NCBI GenBank assembly: GCA_032718475.1
Contig: JAUCBJ010001608.1
Location: 1 to 64,000 of the forward strand
Origin: Nemertoderma westbladi
Taxonomy: Eukaryota; Animalia; Xenacoelomorpha
Length of the DNA: 64,000 bases
Reading direction: 5' to 3'
Position 1 is the first letter of the stretch, and each line of letters begins with the position of its first letter. Made by a program: the position numbers and the translations under genes. Shown here piece by piece: positions 23,401-34,440 of the stretch. The notes under the pieces are model-generated. The model was not told the DNA's origin and ran no database searches. It saw nothing but the letters and a program-made list of their open reading frames with translations.

Positions 23401-24042
23401 CTAGCATTTGATGTTGGAAGTCTTTCACAAATAACACATCCTGGAATTACTGAGTTTAACCAACTCTTTAAAGTGGTTCGAAGATTACAATCAGAAAATA
23501 TGTCTTTGAATTTCCCAACTTCTGGAGAATCTTCTTTGTTGTACATATTCGTCGATTCGTCTTTTGGAAACCCATCACGACTTTCTCTTTTTGTGTTTTG
23601 GGGCTGTCATCTATTATATTGGTATAGTCGTCGATCCCGCCGTGTAACAAAAAGCACACTCTCTGCTGAAACATTCGCATTGGTCGAAGGGGTCGATATA
23701 GGTTGTTATCTACAGGTGTTCATTGGGATGATTGTTGGACATAAACCTAAATGTATTTATCTATCTGATCACATTGGTCTCGTGCAAGATTTGAAAACTG
23801 GTAAAATTCCACAGGAAAAACGTTTATCTATTGATATGGCGTATATAAGAGAGAACATTGATTTGTCTAACTTGCTATGGGTTCCGACAAAGATGCAGTT
23901 AGCCGATACGTTAACTAAACACAAGAGTGGAGTAATGACTCTTTTAAAGCGAGTTATTTCGGACCCTCTAACTTTGTTCGAGATAATTGCATCTGTGAAA
24001 GAAACTCATGAGAACAAGAAGATATATAACCATCTCAATTAA
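20464..24042 (+). CDS. Copia polyprotein (Gag, integrase, RT, RNase H), lacking a recognisable zinc knuckle and protease, 1192 aa
   Basis: LHKQFAHP...CPVC integrase zinc finger; TDNGGEF and SNGITER core; KARLVAKGF, VDIRRAF, YGLQDA, HVDD RT; VDSS...QLADTLTK RNase H. Confidence 0.93.
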   Translation: MPNNGQGADSTSMSRQAQAGLISVRVPAPIFDPKIGNYRRWKKEIAVWKSITEIPKSKYAATVILNLKDVAKERALDLDIESLAVDDGLDSLLHALDKTFLREKEEDAYDNFVVFRNLSRNCNISIRDFIIKFESQVSLLKEFDLVFADAILAAELIHKANLDSSERKMILATTKLEFDDVKRHLLRMMSDIGSGNSQGQTENDDGIVEVKTESALWGNNQFQRRQNPIYGYNNARGRSKFLPNRNSRPGVNLGQTTNPNIKPKKIEKLHKQFAHPHKETLIKILEQSVGQVDKQLVTKVSEECPVCKRSGRQPCHPCVSLPLSTDTNDVLGLDIFFLPNSKPVLHIIDLFSRYSLAVLLHDKLSTSVQVALLDKWCSIFGPPNQAVLTDNGGEFSAIAFTELCNKLNAKHDVTAPYAPYSNGITERHNGLVKEIYSKIKTDNPNFSDYKILQMTSFVKNSWPTYSGFSPHQIMFGHGPNLGSILTDNISALDNTNSLSKTVGDHISFLNQIRNEYVKVDTSGRIRKALARNVKPSNCQLKIGDTVNYFHHSNRWCGPAKVVGLNGSEILVSHGSRYIRCHRSKLRLDDHKKLIDETIQDSQEIDKLDSTMIPEGDDECELRLNSHDNQICRNDEPLCANEKIKLPVIDSLRNSENNDNIEDENLQRLGRRYPIRERKPPEYYGFKADIYVSSDNEIEDAKQKELQSWIENDVYVEVSLDELPEGANIVDTRWVINSKLVDDINVTKARLVAKGFQDCDSTVSFSPTCDKLSLRVLISLSAVNDWDIWAVDIRRAFLQNGDLTQDRVVYVIPPKESMINGNSNIYWKLNKSVYGLQDACRHWFIRLNLELQKLGCNQSPLDPAMYNLTDLSGMTMGVIVTHVDDILVAGSSEAYKLINNIQKQLNVGRVIKIGNDWVKFLGVNIRRKVHGGYEIEMDSFIQSIVCNDFNYKKTSEEEKKRYFKSVLGQLLWVSTNTRPDLAFDVGSLSQITHPGITEFNQLFKVVRRLQSENMSLNFPTSGESSLLYIFVDSSFGNPSRLSLFVFWGCHLLYWYSRRSRRVTKSTLSAETFALVEGVDIGCYLQVFIGMIVGHKPKCIYLSDHIGLVQDLKTGKIPQEKRLSIDMAYIRENIDLSNLLWVPTKMQLADTLTKHKSGVMTLLKRVISDPLTLFEIIASVKETHENKKIYNHLN

Positions 24043-24311
24043 ACTGAGCAGATAATGAATTGTCATATAATACTAGCTAGTGTATTGGTGTATTGTTTTT
24101 ACATATCTACTAGGTATGGTATATATATATATATACATTTTAAAGGAAAAAAGGGGAAGATTGTTAGTTACTTTTAATGGGATCTAAGTTCTGTGTGTTC
24201 TCTGTTTGTGCTGTATTTGTATGTACCGTTGCTGTTTCAGAGTTTACTGTTTATTACACTTCAGCACTTGACAGTCAGATAGTTACCGGTGTTTTCATAC
24301 TTAACACCGAG

Positions 24312-24500
24312 TACCTTACATTGCAAATGTATTACCTAATCGAATCAATTTCACAAACCATGTAGGGCTTAAATCTCGTCTGATCGATTTATTTTGGAGG
24401 TACTTCATTAAACACTACTCAATTGATATTCCCTGTAGCTGGTCGGTGTGTTGCAGCTGCGTCTTGATGAACTGTAGAAATAATAACTCTCGTCTCAATG
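24312..24500 (+). pseudogene. Decayed C-terminus of an older LINE ORF2, split by the Copia insertion
   Basis: Read across the Copia TSD the frame gives YYLWFRVPYIANVLP...LKSRLIDLFWRYFIKHYSIDIPCSWSVCCSC, resembling the end of invertebrate CR1/L2-group ORF2. Confidence 0.45.
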
Positions 24501-26370
24501 ATTTATTTGAGCCTATCAGCCTCAAAAAGTACCGGTCTAGATCTAATACCTGCCCGTTTTCTTAAGGATGGTGCTGAAGTACTTAAAGTGCCTATTACTT
24601 TTATTATTAATTACTCTATCGTAGATAATGTAGTACCAGACGAACTGAAATTAGCTAAGGTTGTTCCTCTGTATAAAAAGAATAGTAAAGTAGAACCATG
24701 TAATTACAGACCTGTTAGTATCTTAAGTATTGTATCTAAAATTCTAGAACGTTCTGTTTTTCTACAGCTGGAGGCACATCTTAGTAGGCTAAATCTGATC
24801 TATGAACTTCAGTCCGGTTTTCGTAAATCATATTCTACAGACACCTGCCTTATTAACTTAACTGATACAATTAGATGTAATAACGCAAAGGGTTTATATA
24901 CTGGTATGGTAATGTTGGACCTACAAAAGGCTTTCGATACTGTAGATCACGAAATTCTGCTTGGTAAGTTAGGCCTGATGGGTGTAGGTTCTATAGACTG
25001 GTTCAAGTCCTACCTGTCAGACAGAGGTCAAACTGTAGTCATTAGCAAATCGCTGTCTACTGTACAAGAGATTACCTGTGGTGTACCGCAAGGTAGTATA
25101 TTAGGTCCTCTGCTTTTTGTATGCTATGTAAATGATATGATAAGTAGTATAGATCCCGATTTTAAACTCATTTTATATGCCGACAACAGTGCTCTTATTT
25201 TCTCTCATAAAGATCCTATCCATATTTCCCAAAAGTTAAGTGCAGTTCTAGAATCCTGTAATGAGTGGTTGGTTGATAATAAGCTATCCATTCACTACGG
25301 TAAAACTGAAAGTATTTTGTTTGGTTCCAAAAGAAAGTTAAAGAAGGTAACTAAGTTTGAAGTCACTAGTAATGGACATAAGATTGAAAATAAAAAGGAA
25401 ATTAAATATTTAGGCGCCACATTGGATAACTGCTTATCAGGAGAAAGTACAGTGAAAAATATTTTCTCGAAAGTTAACAGTAGGCTTAGGTTTCTATACA
25501 GAAATAAAAATAGTTTGAACACCGACTCCCGCAAGTTACTTTGCTCTTCTTTAATACAGTGTCACATGGACTATGCGTGCTCTTCTTGGTATGAAGGCTT
25601 AACCAAACAGCTTAAATGTAAATTACAAGTAGCTCAGAATAAAGTAGTACGATTTATTAAAGACTACAAACCTAGGCACCACCTAACTCCAGATGACTTT
25701 TCTGAATCTGGACTACTTAACTTAGATAGTAGAGTTAAGCAGCTACGCCTTAACCATGTGCATAAAGTGTATAATGGTAAATGTCCAAATTACCTAAAAC
25801 AAAAATTCAACAGAGTACGCGATACACACTCTTACAGTACCAGAGCTAGTGCTTCAAACTTCTACCTCCCGAATTGTAAATCCTTTGAATCTGATACTTT
25901 CTTTTTTAACGGCATAAAAAATTGGAACGCTCTGCCTAATGAAATTAAAAACCTAAATAATCAACATTCTTTTAAATCTGCAGTTAAATCTCATCTCCGT
26001 GTGCAATGTAAAAATAGGTACAATAGTCCTACAGTAAGTTATTAGTTTATTAATTATTTACTATTTATACTGTAATTACGTTTTATAATAAATTGTTCTG
26101 TACATTACATCTTTATCGTTGAGTCGGGCATTGTCACGCTCTCGGTAAAGTTGTACATGTACATAGTGTAATTACGTTTTATATTGGTTTTAGGTTAGCG
26201 TAGTGTAATATTGTATTTGTAACCAAGTAACATAAAGGACCCCCTTGGAAATAAGCTGCAAAGCTTTAGGGGTAATCCTATATGTTATGTTGGACAATAC
26301 CTTTATACCGGTACATTGTTTGGTGTATTTGTTATTGTTTTTACATAATGTATAAATAAATCTATCTATT
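24498..26370 (+). mobile_element. 5'-truncated non-LTR retrotransposon (CR1/L2/Crack group) with RT domain and 3' UTR
   Basis: ORF 24498..26045 has [44 protein letters not shown] (catalytic DD altered), KYLG, WNALP; no endonuclease domain; ends AATAAATCTATCTA. Confidence 0.92.
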
Positions 26371-26449
26371 ATACCCATAGATAACGACTTATAATTCTAT
26401 AATGCTTTATTTAATTAATACAAATTTTATTACACTTCACATCCACTCT

Positions 26450-26630
26450 GACCCTTTTAACACGTATTTACTGCATCTCATTTTAAATTTAATACGAATA
26501 TATTTTATCTCATTTTTACGACATCAGAGACCGACCCTTTTATTACGTATTTACTGCATCTCATTTTAAATTTAATACGCATATATTTTATCTCATTTTT
26601 ACGACATCAGAGACCGACCCTTTTATTAAT
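26450..26630. repeat. 83-bp tandem duplication
   Basis: GACCCTTTTA unit starts at 26450, 26533 and 26616. Confidence 0.85.
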
Positions 26631-27134
26631 ACGTATATATATATATTTCATCTTATTTTAATACAAATATTTCTGTCTAATTTCATATAACATCCAGTCT
26701 TCTGACCCTTTTAACTTCTTCGTTTAATCTCATAATTAGCACGGCCTTTTTAAGACCAATTACATACAGTAATAATTTTAACTCGATGTATTTTAATGTA
26801 CCTTAAATAATTATTCACTCATATTTTAAACTAAGTAATGTATGAAATGTATGTAATGTATCTTTTATGGGGGAAACCCCATCACCATATAATACTATAG
26901 TTAAATTGTCAATGCAGTCTTTGTTCAGTCTAAGTTATGGTGTAAATTTATATTAATAATAAAATAATAATATCAATAAATTACAGTATGTTATAAATAA
27001 GTTAGCTTATATTTATGGTGGCGTTTGGAGCCATGTTATAATAATATAGCTAGGCCCTACTGGTTATTAATAGCTATACCCGGCCTACCGGTAGGTAATG
27101 CAGTAGGCCTATCTGGCTGTCAGAGAAGTTTCTC

Positions 27135-27225
27135 TATTGTTTACGTGGTATCCAATGATGGCGTTAAGTACTGTCCCCTTAGCGGACATTACTTAACGCC
27201 ACCATGGGTTACCACGTAAACAATA
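27135..27225. repeat. 91-bp near-perfect palindrome
   Basis: TATTGTTTACGTGGTA...GGCGTTAAGTA pairs with TACTTAACGCC...TACCACGTAAACAATA. Confidence 0.85.
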
Positions 27226-27891
27226 ACACCAAATACAATACTAAATGTACAGGCCAATACAATGCTGTAATGTCCTCTAAAGTTGTAAAGTGCTAAATAA
27301 TAACTAAGACTAACGGCGTTGAGTATGCCTAATATTACAATTTTGGAATAAAACTACATACATACTTGTTGCAAAGCACTTTACAGTATTCTGATCGTCG
27401 TAGCTTTATTTCCACTCACTCACTACGTTCGTTCGTGTAACAAAGCACTCAGATCATCACACTATAAAGTGCTAATTTACACAGAAGCATGAAAATAGTT
27501 AATAGTAATCAAAAATCAGAGTAGCGTGTTAAACAGCAGTACTTGTGGTACTGCAGAATATCAGGCAGTAACAGACAAAAACTCGTACCGATACAGTGGT
27601 ACGGTAGGACAGTACAGACAAATTAATTTAGTATATTGGACAAATATAATGAAGTTATTATTATGGGTATTTAGTTTTAATCTAATTATATATAAAATAA
27701 ATAAGGATGTAGTAGTACGTATGAGTTATTGGTAGATAGGTAGTGGTATTTTACAGTGCATATTACAGTCAATCATTTATATTTTGGTGTCTTCATCTAT
27801 AATGGTGTATTCTTGTGTACTTATTGGTGTATTATTCTTGTCAGTATTATTGTGAGTTTGTTGTCAGTATTGTTGTTATTTTTATTGAGTA

Positions 27892-27963
27892 TTGACGTCT
27901 AATATGTCGCTTGGAGCTGGGGGCAGTCAGCCCTAGACGTAATAAAGATTAACTTAACTTATA
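27892..27963 (+). mobile_element. 72-bp retroposon 3' stub with an 11-bp target-site duplication
   Basis: Flanked by TTTATTGAGTA (27881-27891 and 27964-27974); ends AATAAAGATTAACTTAACTTA. Confidence 0.7.
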
Positions 27964-28073
27964 TTTATTGAGTACAGTATATATATATACTGTAATTTCA
28001 CGGCGGTAAATTAAGTCTATTTCATCTACTGTTGCGCTGTTATGACTAATTATAATATTACAGAAATACATAC

Positions 28074-28583
28074 ATAAAACTCTCCCACGGAAAAGTAGTT
28101 ATAAAATTCCGAATCAACGAAATCATTATCGATAACCAGCTCCGCATATTCGCTGTTCATCTGACAGAAAGGACGTCGTGCTCTTATTAGCTTGACATCA
28201 TTGAGAACATTGACAGATCTGCAATGTCTAGTCCTAAAATATAGAAATATAATATTATACAGTCGTTTACTGATTGTTAAGCAAGTCAAATATTCACAAA
28301 TAATGTAATTCAAATTAGGCCTGTCTAAATAAACAACAAACCTTGAGCATCTTGCCATACATTTTATTTGACTTGTGGTCACAACATCATCCAACACATG
28401 ATTTATAAGCTGTTTATGTTCTAAATATCCCGTATTCCCTGATCCATATGTTATTGACCTTTGACATGAGATGAACTCATTCTCTGCTTCTGCACTTCCT
28501 ACTATTCCCCATAACAACAATACGGCAATAATTAACATTAGATAAACTTGATGTGTATTAAATAACGAAGCAAAATGAGTCAT
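28074..28583 (-). CDS. Host gene, first two exons (28583-28342, 28233-28074): signal peptide plus PAN/apple-like domain
   Basis: Hydrophobic leader LMLIIAVLLLWGIVGSAEA; LINHV...CMARCSR/TRHCRSVN...CQMN cysteine pattern; 108-nt in-frame GT..AG intron 28341-28234; GTATGT donor after 28074. Confidence 0.8.
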
Positions 28584-29066
28584 AATGAACGATCGATAGC
28601 AGCATTATTACCGTTCTGCTGTTACTTTACTTACAAGTAAAGCATTAATACTCTTATGTATTTAACTCGCAGATACTGTATTTTAGATAAAATAATGTGA
28701 GGAACTTCTGTATCTATTGATTAGAATGATCGTATTAAATGAAAAATATATGTCAATAATGCACATGATTGATACGAAACTGATGGGAGTTTAATAAGAA
28801 AATAAATTATGTATTACTCTGCAAAGCTTAAAGCGCAACAGCGGAAACTGAGGAAAACCCAACCATGAAATATCTTAAATCCACCTGCCATCAGGGATTG
28901 GATAATTAGTTTAATCTTTGTTAGCACATTTAATCATTGATAACCTTTAATATGATTGTTAAATGTGTGATGGTGATCGATCACTAGTGAGGAAAACGAT
29001 TTGTTTGTTTGTGTTGAAACCTGACCGTTCCAAACAGTGTGGCGCGTAAGATTGTATTGGAATCTT

Positions 29067-32000
29067 TGGGACTCAAAGTTAGCCGTTTAACACTCCTGGT
29101 TTCTGTGGGACTCAAAGTTAGCCATTCAACACTCTTGGTTGCTGTGGGACTGAAAGTTAGCCTTTCAACGCTCCTGGTTTCTGTGGGACTCAAAGTTAGC
29201 CAGCCGTTCAACACTCCTGGTTTCTGTGCGACATATGTTTATTAAGTTAGCCGTTCCACACTCCTGGTTTCTGTGGGACTCAAAGTTAGCCGTTCAATAC
29301 TCCTGGGTTCTGTGGGACTCAAAGTTAGCCATTCAACACTCTTGGTTGCTGTGGGACTGAAAGTTAGCCTTTCAACACTCCTGGTTTCTGTGGGACTCAA
29401 AGTTAGCCAGCCGTTCAACACTCCTGGTTTCTGTGCGACATATGTTTATTAAGTTAGCCGTTCCACACTCCTGGTTTCTGTGGGACTGAAAGTTAGCCTT
29501 TCAACACTCCTGGTTTCTGTGGGACTCAAAGTTAGCCAGCCGTTCAACACTCCTGGTTTCTGTGCGACATATGTTTATTAAGTTAGCCGTTCAACACTCC
29601 TGGTTTCTGTAGCACTCAAAGTTAGCCGCTCAACACTCCTGGTTTCTGTGGGACTCAAAGTTAGCCGTTCCACACTCCTGGTTTCTGTGGGACTCAAAGT
29701 TAGCCGTTCAATACTCCTGGGTTCTGTGGGACTCAAAGTTAGCCATTCAACACTCTTGGTTGCTGTGGGACTGAAAGTTAGCCTTTCAACACTCCTGGTT
29801 TCTGTGGGACTCAAAGTTAGCCAGCCGTTCAACACTCCTGGTTTCTGTGCGACATATGTTTATTAAGTTAGCCGTTCCACACTCCTGGTTTCTGTGGGAC
29901 TGAAAGTTAGCCTTTCAACACTCCTGGTTTCTGTGGGACTCAAAGTTAGCCAGCCGTTCAACACTCCTGGTTTCTGTGCGACATATGTTTATTAAGTTAG
30001 CCGTTCCACACTCCTGGTTTCTGTGGGACTCAAAGTTAGCCGTTCAACACTCTTGGTTGCTGTGGGACTGAAAGTTAGCCTTTCAACACTCCTGGTTTCT
30101 GTGGGACTCAAAGTTAGCCAGCCGTTCAACACTCCTGGTTTCTGTGCGACATATGTTTATTAAGTTAGCCGTTCCACACTCCTGGTTTCTGTGGGACTGA
30201 AAGTTAGCCTTTCAACACTCCTGGTTTCTGTGGGACTCAAAGTTAGCCAGCCGTTCAACACTCCTGGTTTATGTGCGACATATGTTTATTAAGTTAGCCG
30301 TTCCACACTCCTGGGTTCTGTGGGACTCAAAGTTAGCCATTCAACACTCTTGGTTGCTGTGGGACTGAAAGTTAGCCTTTCAATACTCCTGGGTTCTGTG
30401 GGACTCAAAGTTAGCCATTCAACACTCTTGGTTGCTGTGGGACTGAAAGTTAGCCTTTCAATACTCCTGGGTTCTGTGGGACTCAAAGTTAGCCATTCAA
30501 CACTCTTGGTTGCTGTGGGACTGAAAGTTAGCCTTTCAACACTCCTGGTTTCTGTGGGACTCAAAGTTAGCCAGCCGTTCAACACTCCTGGTTTCTGTGC
30601 GACATATGTTTATTAAGTTAGCCGTTCCACACTCCTGGTTTCTGTGGGACTCAAAGTTAGCCGTTCAACACTCCTGGTTTCTGTGGGACTCAAAGTTAGC
30701 CAGCCGTTCAACACTCCTGGTTTCTGTGCGACATATGTTTATTAAGTTAGCCGTTCCACACTCCTGGTTTCTGTGGGACTCAAAGTTAGCCGTTCAACTG
30801 TCCTGGTTTCTGTGGGACATATGTTTATTAAGTTAGCCGTTCAACAGTCCTGGTTTCTGTGGGACTCAATGTTAACCGTTCAACACTCCTGGTTTCTGTG
30901 CAAAATATGTTTATTAAGTTAGCCGTTCCACACTCCTGGTTTCTGTGGGACTCAAAGTCAGCCGTTCAACACTCCTGGTTTCTGTGGGACTCAAAGTTAG
31001 CCGTTCAACACTCCTGGTTTCTGTGGGACTCAAAGTTAGCCGTTCAATACTCCTGGTTTCTGTGGGACTCAAAGTTAGCCGTTCAAAACTCCTGGTTTCT
31101 GTGGGACTCAAAGTTAGCCGTTCAACACTCCTGGTTTCTGTGGGACTCAAAGTTAGCCGTTCAACACTCCTGGTTTCTGTGGGACTCAAAGTTAGCCGTT
31201 CAACACTCCTGGTTTCTGTGCGACATATGTTTAATAAGTTAGCCGTTTAACACTCCTGGTTTCAACACTCCTAGTTTCTGTGGGACTCAAAGTTAGCCGT
31301 TCCACACTCCTGGTTTCTGTGGGACTCAAAGTTAGCCGTTCAACTCTCCTGGTTTCTGTGGGACTCAAAGTTAGCCTTTCAACACTCCTGGTTTCTGTGC
31401 GACATATGATTTTATTCAATTAGCCGTTCAACTCTCCTGGTTTCTGTGGGACTCAAAGTTAGCCGTGCAACAATACTGGTTTCTGTGTCACATAAGTATA
31501 TTAAGTTAGCCGTTCCACACTCCTGGTTTCTGTGGGATTCAAAGTTAGCCGTTCAACACTCCTGGTTTCTGTGGGACTCAAAGTTAGCCGTTCAGCACTC
31601 ATGGTTTCTGTGCGACATATGTTTATTAAGTTAGCCGTTTAACACTCCTGGTTTCTGTGAGACTCAAATTCAGCCGTTCAACACTCCTGGTTGTTTCTGT
31701 GGGACTCAAAGTTAGCCGTTCAACACTCCTGGTTTCTGTGAGACTCAAAGTGAGCCGTTCAACACTCATGGTTTCTGTGCGACATATGTTTATTAAGTTA
31801 GCCGTTTAACACTCCTGGTTTCTGTGAGACTCAAAGTTAGCCGTTCAACACTCCTGGTTTCTGTGGGATTCAAAGTTAGCCGTTCAACACTCCTGGTTTC
31901 TGTGGGACTCAAAGTTAGCCGTTCAACACTCCTGGTTTATGTGCGACATATGTGTATTAAGTTAGCCGTTCAACACTCTTGGTTTCTGTGCGACTCAAAG

Positions 32001-32390
32001 TTAGCCGTTCAACACTCTTGGTTGCTGTGGGACTGAAAGTTAGCCGTTCAACACTCCTGGTTTCTGTGGGACTCAAAGTTAGCCGTTCAACACTACTGGT
32101 TTCTGTGAGACTCAAAGTTAGCCGTTCAACACTCCTGGTTTCTGTGAGACTCAAAGTTAGCCGTTCAACACTACTGGTTTCTGTGAGACTCAAAGTTAGC
32201 CGTTCAACACTACTGGTTTCTGTGAGACTCAACGTTAGCCGTTCAACACTCCTGGTTTCTGTGCGACTCAAAGTTATCCGTTCAACACTCCTGGTTTCTG
32301 TGCGACATATGTTTATTAAGTTAGCAGTTCAACTGTCCTGGTTTCTGTGGGACTCAAACCGTTCAACACTCCTGGTTTCTGTGGGACTAA
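29067..32390. repeat. 39-bp satellite array, left part
   Basis: Unit CTCAAAGTTAGCCGTTCAACACTCCTGGTTTCTGTGGGA with periodic longer variants containing GCGACATATGTTTATTAAG. Confidence 0.97.
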
Positions 32391-33591
32391 TGTAAAAGCT
32401 TTTGCGTCATTAACCGGTTATTTTCCCTTAAAGTACTCTGTAGTTGGTTTGCCAGGCATAAAAGGGCCGTGTCCTTGCTGTACTGGTGTTTTAGAGGACA
32501 TAAAAGTCATTTCTTATGTATTTGTACTGTATTTGTACTTTAGAGGACGTAATCCGCAATCTCGTGACGCGATAAGCTAGATACTCTTGAAAACAGTGTC
32601 GCTACCATGACGACGGCTAACAGCTGATATTGCCACGTCGACGTTTCTTTGTTTCTTTGTTCTCTCGTTGTTCGGTTGACCAATCAGAGCGTTTTTTGTC
32701 TCTGTGTTGGAGGTGTATACAGAAACTCAGTAGTTCAGTGTTATGTTTTTTGCTAGAGCCTAAGAACATCGGCCTTTGGCACCTACGTATATCAGCATTC
32801 TTTAGCTTTACATTAGTAGGCTTAATTATAGAACGTATATCTGTTATCGAACGAACTTAACAATCCAAATCGACCTACCTACATACAATCTTATCATACA
32901 TATCTATGCAATTCATATCTTACATTACTGCTTTTGCTGTTGGTTATTCGTTATATTTGTTGATGAAATATTATATCGGAATACTGATCAATAGTCAGAC
33001 ACCCCACCTTCTTGATATACTAAAGGTTAGAGAGACCGGTTACAGATAAACGATTGCGACCTATGTATGTTAAGTGGTTTGAAGTGAATCTAATGCTATT
33101 TCATATGCCCAACATAAATTGTCTGTTGCTCTCTTTATACGTGACCAAATTTAGTGAAGGTCGGCAGATTAGTGTGCAGTATTGTGCAGCATTGTGTATG
33201 ATTGTAACTGATAACAAAGCATCTCCTAAAGAATGTGCCATATACGTTAATCTATAGCCTTTTCGTTGTGTCTAGTTTAAGTCATAACTCTGTTTACATA
33301 TTTAGAGCGCCATGTCCTAAAGGAACTGTTAATATTTCCCGAAAGTGAATAATATTGGTCAGAGATTATATATTACGATCAGTCGAATAATACGGTAGGC
33401 TTACACTATCAATCATTAAGCTCCGAACTCAGTCTCCCGGGTATATCCAACGGGTGAATGATTGCGCATAGACTGGCTTCGGCTAATGTAGTGTATCAAA
33501 TACTCGTCATAAAGCTAAAGAATATATATCATCTAAAAGACATTCTAATTTTGGCAGGTTAAACTGTCAAAGGTCTTCAAAAGCGCAAACA
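32391..33591 (+). repeat. 5' LTR of copy B
   Basis: TGTAAAAGC...CGCAAACA, direct repeat of 50048-51248. Confidence 0.97.
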
Positions 33592-33602
33592 ATAACAGAT
33601 AT
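33592..33602 (+). promoter_or_regulatory. Candidate self-priming site in place of a tRNA PBS
   Basis: ATAACAGATAT is the exact reverse complement of LTR 32837-32847 ATATCTGTTAT; no TGG next to the LTR. Confidence 0.6.
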
Positions 33603-33872
33603 TGCTTCTGGATTGCGGTGTAAGCAATCTAGTATAAAGTACCGGTCGACCGGTAACCAGTAGGCCTGACTGCCTGATCATCCGGACCGGTATCTACTTA
33701 CGGTACAGGTACAGCAGTATTATTCGATTGTGGTATTGTATACCGGTAGGCTGTTTAAGAGATTAGGGACTGTACACCCCTTGTTTCTTTTGGAGCTTAC
33801 TTATTTCTGTCAGTTTTATTTATTTGTAGGCCAGTATTGAGCAGAAGGCGTGTAAGCCTGTTCGGATTGTAC

Positions 33873-34440
33873 AGATAATTTGTAGGCTTGACTGTTGGCT
33901 AACTGTTGATTAGGTTTGAACGGATTGCAGTGCATGTAGAGTGTATGTCCGATAAAGAACGGTTAGGAAGTAGGGGCAGCCATTGCTGTAAGGTAAACCC
34001 CCATCTAAAGAATAAGTCGTACTACTGGGTTAGAACGCATACTACTTAACCATTTCGGAGTCCGCATGTCCTGTGGTTTATTTAGGCCTGATAGGAGTCC
34101 GCCGGCGTTTGGTCTGTACTTTGTTTGTGTAGTCTGTATGGGTAGCGTATAATTTTATTTAGATAATTTGTAGGCTGGATAGTTGTCTGGCTGCTGTTGG
34201 GTTTGAGGAAATTTCGGTGTGTGTAAAGCATCTGTCCAATAAAGAACGGTTAGGAAGTAGGGGCAGCCATTGCTGTAAGGTAAACCCCCATCTAAAGAAT
34301 AAGTCGTACTACTGGGTTAGAACGCATACTACTTAACCATTTCGGAGTCTACATATACCGTAGTTTGTTTAGGCTTGATAGTAGTCTGTCAGTATTTGGT
34401 CTGCACTTTGTTTGAATGGTTTGTACGCGTAGCGTAATAT
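33873..34440 (+). repeat. 287-bp-period tandem duplication in the leader with an identical 111-bp core
   Basis: 33952-34062 equals 34239-34349; the flanks of the units are visibly diverged. Confidence 0.9.

Larger units (their letters stand above)
19685..24306 (+). mobile_element. Ty1/Copia LTR retrotransposon, GalEa-like
   Basis: Identical 145-bp LTRs (19685-19829, 24162-24306), TSD CCGAG, PBS TGGTAGCAGAGC, PPT AAAGGAAAAAAGGGGAAGA, integrase before RT. Confidence 0.96.

Noticed and set aside
28050-28583. 177-aa single-exon protein
   Set aside because: It includes a 108-nt AT-rich GT..AG intron that happens to be in frame and interrupts the cysteine pattern
29067-32390. Regular ~39-bp repeats resembling a CRISPR array, with long repetitive ORFs (LSPTETRSVERLT)n
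   Set aside because: Units are head-to-tail with no unique spacers, there are no cas genes and the context is eukaryotic; the ORFs arise because the unit is a multiple of 3 without stops
32630-33257. Small ORFs duplicated at 50287 and 50711
   Set aside because: Duplicated only because they lie in the LTRs; non-ATG starts and not conserved in the copy A LTR
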